A stretch of 64,000 bases of DNA, from contig CM119384.1 in the NCBI GenBank assembly GCA_051294905.1, positions 4,898,001 to 4,962,000 of the forward strand, in the 5' to 3' direction. Source of the DNA: Botryllus schlosseri. Lineage: Eukaryota. A program made the position numbers and the translations under genes. This document shows positions 51,028-61,450 of the stretch, in pieces (the first letter of the stretch is position 1; each line of letters begins with the position of its first letter). The notes under the pieces were generated by a model that saw only the letters and a list, made by a program, of their open reading frames with translations, made no database searches and had not been told where the DNA came from.

Positions 51028-52326
51028 CTCTATAGTGTGGGAGGAGGCTGTAAACATGTGCTTTCGGTCCCAGTTACACAACACACAGCCACACACTCCT
51101 GAACCGGATCGTGAGTCGTGACCAGCACCTCTGGTCTCTCATCAAAGCTTTGCTAGTGTGACGTCATAACTCATTTTGAAATTCACTAGTGGGCGCTTAA
51201 GAGTGTCCGGAATTGGGGTTTCTGAAATATGGTAACCCTAAGTTAGAATAACCATGTCGTACTTTTTATAACACGATTAAAGACTGTTAGGCCCCCGATG
51301 GTCTAAAAGAGTGTTATCACCGGACAGCCGGGCTGAGTACTCGAATCTGAATCGATCCTTGCTACCAACAAATAATAATGACTCTCTCTCTCTCTTTCGT
51401 CAATGAATAGGGGCAGAGCGACAAGCGCCTGCTGACCGCGCGGCCCGGGTTCGATTCCGCGTCCTGGCTCCTCTTACCCCCCGTCGCTGTACTTACGGCG
51501 ACAGTAGAAGTCTAAAAAAAGATCCGATGAAAGAGCGCACTCACAAGGAATTGAAAGAGCCGCGGGATAGAGATCAACATAAAAAAAAACTGACATCAGG
51601 CACTAGGTCGATATGGATGTCAGTTCAGGAGACCGCAAATGGTCGTTCGGTAGCATCCTTCTGTCTGTTCATTGCACATTGCGTTCGTCTTGATCAGATC
51701 AAAATACAATCTGACGATTGCTACCAATCCAAATTAATAACATCAAAGTACAGTTTCTATAGTGGTAGCCTTGAAAACTCGATTGGTCGTATCCTGACAT
51801 ACGAAACATGTAGGCTAGTTCGAAGTCGCGGACGATAGTGGAAATATCTGTGAAGTGCAATGTAGGGTGGTAGGCCCTACCTACAGGCATAGTCAAAACA
51901 AATACCCGATTATCGGTAATGTGATGTAGAGCAGGCACGGGACCTACGATACCTAGCATAGAGGGTACATATTTGAACTTTACACGCCTTTCATAGTCAT
52001 TCAGAGTCGAATCGATTTTGTCCATCCCTATAAATTACTTGACAGTCCGCCCATCACACCTCCCGAGAAATCTATCTATTGCTTTCACAGTATTCACACA
52101 CGTTGAACTACAGCTGTACAACAACTTCAGTAGAGCAAGACAACTCAAACGATGAATTTCAGAAAATAATTTAATAGACCACTTCGATTAAATATGTAAT
52201 CTCCAACACTGCAGCTGCGACATCAATCGGCAGAATAGATTTCTGTCCCTAGTGCGCATTTCCACACGCGCGGCCTTTATCGGGGACTTCGCTTGGATGA
52301 GCCAGTATTATGCTCCACAATTCGGC

Positions 52327-52463
52327 TCAATCCTGTTTATTTGTCTCGCTGTTGAAAAGCGGACGATCGCACATTGGACAAGTGTCCTGAATGAAAATCC
52401 ACTTCCGCAAGCAGTGAGTGTGGAACATATGCCTGCATCGCGTTTTCCTTATCTCGCCGTGTT
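52327..52463 (-). CDS. RNF139: RNF139 last exon, second half of RING-H2 and stop (frame not in ORF track)
   Basis: attttag acceptor; CRHMFHTHCLRKWIFIQDTCPMC; TGA at 52329-52327. Confidence 0.95.
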
Positions 52464-55400
52464 CTAAAATACACAAGTACGGTCAGCGGTGAAGTTATTT
52501 CTACTTTTTTCAATACTCAAGTAGCTTATGTCTACTTCCACTACTTACTAATGCTGCCATACGTCAAACTTTGTATATTATTGTCAAGTAGAAAGTATTT
52601 GGACCACTTGTCAGAGCTAGAACGTGACCAGTGTCCGCCATTAGAGTAAAGATATCTGCAATTATCACGACGCCACAATACGATAGTGGGGAGTTGGAAA
52701 ATCTGCCATTGCTAGACTGAAAATTTCGATATGCTTCTTATAGCTTACAGGCTTACATTTTCATGTTCAAGAATAGCAACGGCTGTAAATTTGGTAAAAA
52801 GTTCTGGAAACAAACACCTTTGAAAAGAACTCTAGGACGGAAGAATATACCGAAACATTTTTATAAACAGCGAAGGGTCACAAGACACATCTCCACTATG
52901 AATACTAGCCTTGACAATGAAGTACCAATCAATATACGTTCAATAGTTTAGTAGTAACTTAATATCTTCGTGGACTCAAGCCGAAGTCATACCCATCCGT
53001 CCAGGTTCTACACCACAGTATAAAGACTGCGTGGAGTATGTGGATCTGTGAGCAAAGAGTGGGAATGGGTAAAACAATGACTGCAATGCCTATTTTATAC
53101 CTAGAAACTATGCTGTAGGATAGGATGGCCGAGATTAACATATGATAGACTTCTACTCACCCATGGCCTACTAAAAACATGGCCATGACTCACCTAAGAT
53201 AAAATCTTGATAGCATATGCTACACACGTCCCTGTCTTGTTCTGGGATGTCATCCACATCCACAACAGCAAGACTCGATATCTTTGAGTTGACAAATCTT
53301 CTGTTATTGAAAGTCTTAATTCCCTCTCGAAACGTTCTGGAAAACATGATTAACTTCTGTATCTTCTGTATCAAAAGTACGACAATCTTGGACGTTCATT
53401 GAGTTCAAATTGCTCGAGTCAAATTCATCCAAGTTCAGTGGCATTGAGATGAAAAGGTGGGTTGCTAGAATGGTGCATCATGTTTTTTTTTCTTACATAA
53501 GAGCAGCACGAATAATTTTTGAGAGGATCTAATTTCAAATAATTTATGACGATGTATCTCTTATACAAGCATCCAATATTGAAAGATGTATGAACTCACC
53601 GGTAGATATTTACGTAGGCATGCATCGTCATCATGACAGCCCGCAGCCAGTTGCTCGATTCAAACATCAGTATGTAAGCCCCATTGATGAACATCACCAG
53701 GCCGCATATGAACTCGATCACGTGACTTATGGAACGTATCCAGAAGACGTAATCGTCCAAATTGATGATACCGTTGGCGTGGTACCTCGAATCCATAACA
53801 TAAAGTGCATACACCATCAACGTTGATAAAACCTATAATTACATGAGAAAATATTAAAGATTTCCAATCGGATATCAGAAATATGAAGCGGACATCTGAA
53901 GCAAGAAGATTTCACGGACTCATTACTAGCACCAGGCACAACGATGTGAATACTCGAATCCGAATCAAGTGGTCGGAGACAATTTTTTCCAATATAGAGT
54001 TATATTATACCTTAGATACCTTCTTGAAACCAAGCAAGTATATCACGGTATCTAAAACACAGCATGAAGCTACAAAAAGACGTGGATATGACATTTCTCA
54101 CGTAGGGTTACCATATTCTGAGATCGGGGAAAGAGGGCACTTTTTACAAATCACAAAACTTATACTAGCGAGGTCATTACGCCAACAGGACTCCCCCGAA
54201 GACCCACTTTAATGTAGTTTTCTAGTCATTCTTGCCGTCAAAATCTGGTATGAGCGTCATTTACAGCGTTTTTTTAGTTGTGCCTGTACTATCACCTGGC
54301 TGTCAGTGCTATAAAGCAGGACGAAGTGTAAAAAAAGAGGATATTTGGGCGTCCTCGGATGGCATTTTCGATTTCTTCAAAAAGGAGGACAATACCTCTT
54401 CGGGGAGGACGTATGCTATGCCTACACTTCTGTGAGGTTGTGATCAACCCTGCAGCATTCTGACCGAGCGCAATGAAATAGGTACCGTACTAAATTATGT
54501 CTAATGTCTTGAATAACTGGCATAATTGCGTCACGATTGCAAAAAATGAAACATATTTGAACTCAAGTTGACTAGTCCTACTCATTACAAGAGCAAAAAT
54601 CACAACAGTAATAGAAAATGCATAGCCTAATAACCAGAGCTTTATTGGCGTCAGACGACATAGCACAGTTTTGGAGTCATTATTATTGATCAGCTAAAAT
54701 CAGAGGCGGTCAGTAACGAAGTATTATACTTTTTCAGAGTAGGCCTACTCAAGTAGGTAATACTATTCACTTAAGCGGTTATGATATTTGACTACTTTTA
54801 GACTTCTTCTTTACAGTAGGCCTATATTGTGCAAAACTAGGCAATACTTGCTTTTAGTCGTACTTGAGTTGAAATTTATGCGTCAATTCTACTTGAGTAC
54901 TAAGAATAACTACTTGACCATATCCGGTCAAAAAACTCCATCTTAATCTCTCACCTTGACCACCAACTCCAGATTAAACGCAGTGAGAGCGATCATCCAT
55001 GTAGACAGACGCTTTGTAGTTAGCAGCCAATAGCACATCCCACTTGGTAACGCCAAAAGAATCAAACATATCAACAACGGGTTCACGTGCTTCCGTAACG
55101 GTATATGACTTTGCGGACTGATAGTCATCAGGACAGGGTGAACGATATCCAGACAAAAGTGAAGAATTGCGGACAGCAACAAAAATGAATTCCTGTACAA
55201 CCGCACGATTCGTTTCCATGGCGGTAGCACACTCAAACGTGTTTGTATCGCTAGAAGGCAAAACAATATGGAGGACATCATTCCCAAAGCCTCTCCTTGA
55301 GCGAGATCATTTCCTCCTATAAACTCGTGTAGCACAGTCCCGGCATAAAATCCAATCACAGACATCGCAGCTCCCACGGAAAACGAGGACAATAATGATT

Positions 55401-57562
55401 CGGTCAGCATAGCGCACATGCCTTCCAATAGAGTTAAATTTTTAGAGTCCTTCCTACTGTCAAAATAACCTTCGATACCGTCCCAATCTTCCCAATATTG
55501 ACTCTGTATCGGTTTGGGATGGTCCGAGCTGAAGAAAAAGTAATATAGTCCACTGTTCGCCGATGGATCATACTCGTCTGTCGTGAAAGACCTATCCTGG
55601 CCGTACAGACTTAGCATTCCCAGTATACAACGGTATATAAAAAAAAGTCTCAACACTGAAGGTACACGGCATTCAACCCACGTATCTTGAATAGCGGTTA
55701 TGAAATCGTCCAACACGGCTTCATATCCGTTCCTTCTGAGAAAGAACAGGTGAGCCAGACCTGGCCGTATCTCGTCTGCTTTCTTCACGAATAAAATCAA
55801 CACCGGTAGCTCCGATATTAAAATTACGAAGTTCAATATCCACGTGGAATCGGTCAGCATGAGCGACCACGCGGGACTTGTGTATAAGATTGCTGACAGC
55901 GGCGACAACGCTTCGTCCAAAAGCACCAAAATCAGCCAGTGACACACTTGTAGCGCGGCGAAGCACAAGGCTACTTTTGCGGTAAAATCGAGCTGAAGAG
56001 AAATATTTATGAGGTTTTAAAGCGGATAAACCATACAGTATCAAATTCATCCTGTAGGATAAAAATCTCTAATTTAAAAACTATAATCCCCCCTCAACGT
56101 TCAAATTTCAAGTTTACTAACACCGATGCCTGGGTATTTGTTTTATACCAAATATGGTCAATTTGATCAGACATTCAAGTAGGCACCACAGTACTTTTCA
56201 TTCTGAATGCTAATAGGATGGCATACTACATAGGCAAATACTATACCGACAATATAGTATAGAGGTAGAGGTAGATCATCTGGCTTCTTGTTTGATAAGT
56301 AACATATTCGAAACCCAGCCAAAGACTCCAGAATTGGTATTCCCTGTTCATTACTTCCCCACTACGTGGTAGACAATCTAGGATAGTGTGGTGCGGGTAA
56401 ACGATGGTGCTGACTCGAATATGCTCCTTCGAATCTCCATCATCCAAACAACTTCGACTCGTGCAGTTATCAGTATTTTTATGATAGTTTAAGTTACTGC
56501 TTTTAAACACTCCTAATTGAATGAATGGGGAAAAAAATAAGCCACAGCAAACTTTGGTAGTAGACCAATGTAAATAGAGCCTATCATTCGAAAAATCTCC
56601 CTGCGTCAAATCTACACAAGGAAAGTTTGAGTAAATACATGCAGACATCAAACGATGGAATATTTTTCAACCCACCTCACTGGGCACCAACATCTCATTG
56701 TTCCACATATTTTTCATAATAATGGATATCGCAGGTTGAGTATGATTCTGTTCACCGTAGTAATGTCCATGTATTACGTTGATTGTCGAGAAGTTCCATC
56801 CTATTGCTGCTAGGCTCAAAGTCACCGCTGCAAGGAGCCGGTATAGCTTCGAAATTATACCAGGCTCACAGGTGAAGACGCAAATGCAAAGAATTCCAAC
56901 TGTTGACAAATGAAGTACATTTAAACTAAGTTAGGGACCAGCATGTTCCATCAAAATACAAGTGGAGAATAATCATGCGAGATAGTGTAATGGTTATGCG
57001 TCCAGCTTCTCGATCGGTAGGTCGTGGGTTCAATCCCCGTCCGGGTCAGACCAAAGACTCTAAAACTGGTATCCGCGGCTATCCAGCTAGGCGCTCAGCA
57101 TCCATGGGTAGCGTGGAGGAGAAAAATACGGTGGTGCAGACTAGATGACCTTGCTTAAAGGTCGTATCGCATCTCCATCGTCAAAGCATCTCGATGGTGC
57201 CGGCGAAAATAAATCTGATCTCTCTCTCTCTCTCTCTCATGCAGCAGTTGAATTGGCGAAATTAGTAAGCCCTATGAGAGCTGCCTGTAATTTCCCAAGT
57301 TTGTTATTTTTGTTACTTGCTCGCCTTGCTATAATCCTATAGTTTTTATGATGGCGATGAATTACGTTCTAGCTGATAAGTGTATTTTTTAGCTACACAC
57401 ACACCTTTTAATATTCTACTTACGTATAACATTGATCATATATCCGGTGTAGCCATCAGGTTCCCAAACGCCCACATATTGTATCGAGATTCTATCGGAT
57501 AGGATTCCATCAAAAGCCACCAAGATCGGCAGGCGCAGCAGATCAGCCTTTATAAACCCCAT
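52327..57562 (-). CDS. RNF139: RNF139/TRC8-family (RNF139/RNF145) multi-pass ER membrane RING-H2 E3 ubiquitin ligase, 637 aa, 6 coding exons
   Basis: Exons 57562-57424, 56899-56676, 55992-54955, 53832-53600, 53336-53194, 52463-52327 (1914 bp, all GT..AG, phases compatible). Motifs LLRLPILVAFDGIL, QDTWVECRVPSVLRLF, LDDYVFWIRS, MHAYVNIY, RING-H2 CSIC...CRHMFHTHCLRKWIFIQDTCPMC. RNF139 versus RNF145 not formally resolved. Confidence 0.93.
53162..53187. mobile_element. P-element-like excision footprint (26 bp), TSD ACTCACC = duplicated RNF139 splice donor
   Basis: ACTCACC-CATGGCCTACTAAAAACATGGCCATG-ACTCACC. Confidence 0.8.
54955..55992 (-). CDS. RNF139: RNF139 large exon, TRC8 N-terminal transmembrane (sterol-sensing-like) domain
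   Basis: 1038 bp open frame, many hydrophobic segments, ctcttcag acceptor, AAG|GTGAGA donor. Confidence 0.95.
56979..57236 (+). mobile_element. tRNA-derived SINE in RNF139 intron 1 (antisense), TSD TCATGC
   Basis: Collinear with the 16382-16632 copy; A/B boxes; (CT)n tail. Confidence 0.88.
57424..57562 (-). CDS. RNF139: RNF139 coding exon 1 (MGFIKADLLRLP...; not in ORF track)
   Basis: ATG at 57562, C|GTAAGT donor, resembles TRC8 N-terminal ALRVPCLYIIDAIF. Confidence 0.85.
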
Positions 57563-58878
57563 TTTAGATACCAACGGCTTGATACCGGGGGGGCTTAAAT
57601 GTAAATTATCTTCCTATTACCATGCTTCATTGAGATAATTCCGTTGAGATTCACAATTTCTTGAATATTCTTAAAATTTGCAGGAAGAAGATGACTGATT
57701 GGCGATTATGCATATGGATAAGTGTACTGTTTCGCTTGGCTGCTCATCGAAAAAAATATCATTGACATTCGTCCTTAAGATAAAATTGTTCTGTCAGTTC
57801 CACGTTCGATTTATTAGTAATTTTGATCAGTTCAATACACCACAAAAATTGCGATGCAATGAAATGATAGGAAGATGTCAAAACGACTTGGAGTAGTATT
57901 TGAAATCAAACACCCACCTTAGCCTAGTCTAGGCGATGTGGAGAAGAGGCATGCACTGCACACTGAATGAAAAATAAAAGAAGAAATATAGAAAAGCAAG
58001 AGACAAAAATGAGGTAGCATGTCACGGAAGGCGAGATCGATAGGTCAGGTTGCGGTCCGGTAATCCCAATGATATATCATATCATATATCATTGGGTAAT
58101 CCTGAGGAGGGACTAGTATTCATTTTGGTAGAAATTGCTTGTATTTCGACTTGAATGTGGACAACTGGACATGCGATCGTCGACTATCGGATAGCCGACC
58201 AGTGTGCCAAAACTGATCCGCAAATCCTAATACGCACGTTGGTATTTAATAAATTATTCACCGCCATCGACGCGGGACAATCCTGCTTGAATCTCGACAG
58301 GAGCACGTTTCGGCGTGTGGAGTGTTTATCTGGGGTGGTCCGCACCTACATCGCTGTTCTTGCGACATCTTTACAGGACAAAAAGAAGAATACAAGGAAA
58401 GCGAATGAGATTTGCAACTAATAGCGTTTGAAAATAGAGACATGCGAAAGATCGAGGTGGGTCAGCACTCGAGATTACCTACAATCTTTTCATCGTCAAC
58501 CAACCAATCAGTTTTATAAATATTTTCATCATTTCTAAACACCACAATACTCCGATTCAATGAAAAGATAGCTAGGTGTCTAAACGACTTGTAGTAGTCT
58601 TCGAGATCAAACACCCAAATCGGGTGGTGTTTTGAAAGGATGAAATGATTAAAAACAAACTCAACTGACTGCACTTTCATAAATAGGGCCTACTCGTCAG
58701 CGCTCGAACGTGGCATCATATTTTTCTCAATTGTTCTTTTATGTTATCTTCAAATTCTATTCATTCAGTGTACACTGTGCAGTGCATGCTTCTTCTATGC
58801 TTGTACCAGAGTGTACTCTGCTCTCAGTGTACACTCTTGCTTCAACACTATTAATATCATCCTGATCGATATATCCGA

Positions 58879-58889
58879 TGCGCATGCGC
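58879..58889. promoter_or_regulatory. NRF1-like palindrome TGCGCATGCGC in CpG-rich patch upstream of RNF139
   Basis: Motif match 1.3 kb upstream of the ATG; function not shown. Confidence 0.3.
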
Positions 58890-59025
58890 GGCGCGTATAT
58901 TCATGTCATCATCCCGGCTTTTCAGCTAGACCCGCTCGACCGGCCGACAAGACTCATGCATGGGTTGAAAAGTATAGCCTAGTAGCTTTAAAATATAGTT
59001 TGGGACTGCACTGCACATTTTAGAC

Positions 59026-60730
59026 CAGTGCTCTTCAACCGGGGTGGTCGTACACCCTAGGGTGTACCGGAATTTGCAAAGGGTGTACCACTCGGATGGG
59101 GTGTACAGGGGTGTACCAGATCCGAGTAACAATGAGCCGATGGCTAGCTATCACAAATGCAGGTTTATAGGTCAGTACAGACGGGTTGACGCACAGGTTA
59201 ACGAGCAATATGGTACAATGTTATCTCAAGTGTAATACTGTACACCGCTTGATTGTGATGTCATAAGCAAATATTTCTTCTCTTCATTTAGCCGTCGGCA
59301 ATAGACCAATGGTTCCGTTTGGTGTTGCAAAGTATGCAGTTAACAAACATGTTTTCAGCTAGTCATTTGTATTTTAGGGATTTTTGAGGAAACCGCCGCG
59401 ATTGCTCAGACTTTTTGAATCTGTGCTTCCTACCCGACGCTAATAAATACCGCAATGCACATAAATGAAGTGACGTAGCCAGCCAGGGTCGAAACAGCTT
59501 CCATATTGAAATCGAAACCCTTTTGTTTTAAAATGCCGACTGTATGTCCAATCTTTCGCCACACATTTGCAATTTAGTATTTTGTTATAAGTGATGTAAA
59601 TTAACGATAATGGACTGTGTATAGCGGCATACGATCTGAGGTTACTGACATCTCTTGCAGCCCATGTGCTACTATCGACTCTGTGTGGTGTGTGGCAGGC
59701 ATGATGCGCAGTAGGCTGGTGCGCCTGCTATCATCGCTGATCTGAATTACCGCTTCTGCAGCACTAGCTTTACCTACTCTCCCCCCAATACTGTTACATT
59801 TAGGTTGATTATCGTTCGTTATATCATGCTGTTTTTGCTCTGACACGAAATAAATTCCAATTTGCGTAGGGTTACCATACGTCCTCTTTTAAGAGGATTT
59901 GTCTTCTTTTTTGACTTCTTTGAAAGTGTCCTCGGAGGACGCCCTTTTGTCCCCTTTTTTTGAGATTTTGTCCTCTTTTTTGAAAATTCAGGTCAGATTT
60001 AGTGCAAATTGCGAGTGATATGCCGTAAATCAGCACAGAAGTGACGCTCCGGCGGGTATTTCGGAGTGAAAAACTGTGATTTTAGCTCTGAGTGAAACGT
60101 TGACCTTTTTTTAGTCATGCACCTAGCAATGCGGAGAGAAAAACGGTATTTTGAGCTCTGAGCGGAAAGACGACCTTTTATTTCAGTCAACCGATCACCA
60201 AGTGGGAAAAATTCACCGGTTTTTTAGAATTCTTTTCCGGTTTTGCAAGTCTCAAATTTCCGAAAAAGTGTCCTCTTTTTAGATTTCCAAAATATGGTAA
60301 GCCTAAATTTGCGTGGCGGGCTGCCTAACTGGCTGCAACTCTGTGACCAAATACTATTTTATTCAAACCCAATTTTTTTGACGGCAATAACTCCGCTTCT
60401 ATTGGTCGGAATTGAACCAAATTTTAAGAACATAGTTTTTATAGACAACCTAATACTTTCATGGGGTGAACAGAAAAATTTCAAATTTTTCGGTATTTAT
60501 TTTTGTATAGTAAATAGAAACTTTCCTCTCCCGTAGCGAGGCGGCTACTAGTTGGAGTTGAACCAAATTTGGTGTGTAGGCTTAAGTTAGGTAACCTAAC
60601 AATTTTATCAAGTAGCCAGTACGATTTGAGAAAAATAGTCATGTTTGAAGACCCCTAATGAACAGGGGTGTACGAGTTTTGAGCAAACGTTAAAAGGGTG
60701 TACCACGTCGAAAAAGGTTGAAGAGCACTG
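59026..60730. mobile_element. hAT-Charlie-type element, TSD TTTTAGAC, hosting two nested MITEs
   Basis: TIR CAGTGCTCTTCAACC / GGTTGAAGAGCACTG; perfect 8-bp TSD; GGGTGTAC subterminal repeats. Confidence 0.93.
59867..60305. mobile_element. hAT-type MITE, TSD AATTTGCG
   Basis: TAGGGTTACCATA / TATGGTAAGCCTA; perfect 8-bp TSD; TGTCCTCTTTTT subterminal repeats. Confidence 0.92.
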
Positions 60731-61450
60731 TTTTAGACTTTTCAAGGCTAATAACTATATAGAGCCCGAGGGATACCGAATGCTACATCTTCACTGACAA
60801 CCCGGATATATTCAGTAGATATGGCATCTAACAGTTCCGAAAAATACTACATAGCACTTATTGAACCAGCTTTACTGCTGCAGGTATTTCGATGCTTGTA
60901 CAATGTACATGAAATAAACTAGAATGGTTGCATCTATTCTGAACACTAAAGAGATAGATCAATATTCCTAGTCTAGCAGTCACAGATTATCTCAGACTCT
61001 CCCTACGCCATGTTGTTTAGTCACAAAATTTGACGATATTTTTTACCTCTAACAGCCGATACTGATATTGTTTTCAAAGTTTGATATCAACCTGACATTA
61101 CCAGCAAACGGATAAATTGGCCGGGCTGTTTGAGTCAGTGTACCAGTTTGACTCGAGTGCGATCAGACTAGTTGACCTTCACGGTCGTATCGATCATTCC
61201 TATTTGATACCGAATACTGTGCATGCATATTTTCTGTACCACCATCATTGCCGTCTGTTTTCTATGTCTTTGGGTGTAAATAAAGACTCTCTCTCTATTG
61301 TAACACCCACCCCATCCGGAAAGCTAAAAATCGCCAGAAGCAGTTCACTTGCTCACCAGCTCGCAAAATTTAATATATGGTAACAAAAACGAATCTGAAA
61401 CATGATTTGAACCACAACGAATGAGGAAAAACTTGAAAATATGCCCAAAA

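Larger units (their letters stand above)
48925..51240. mobile_element. hAT-type element (TAGGGTTGCCATA TIR) hosting two nested elements
   Basis: TAGGGTTGCCATA / TATGGTAACCCTA, TCCGGAATT subterminal repeats; flanks AGTTACAATA/AGTTAGAATA (imperfect). Confidence 0.75.

Noticed and set aside
1-52000. Enrichment of forkhead GTAAACA sites (autoregulation)
   Set aside because: Rough count is near that expected by chance for AT-rich DNA; not formally tested.
52959-53141. ORF as the second half of the RING
   Set aside because: No RING ligands, and phase-1 joins hit stops; the true exon is 52463-52327.
56241-56651. 136-aa ORF as an RNF139 exon
   Set aside because: Flanking exons join directly in phase 0 with TRC8-like spacing; no homology motif.
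621-61383. Most short ORFs in the supplied track
   Set aside because: Antisense or off-frame shadows of real exons, or chance ORFs in repeats and introns.
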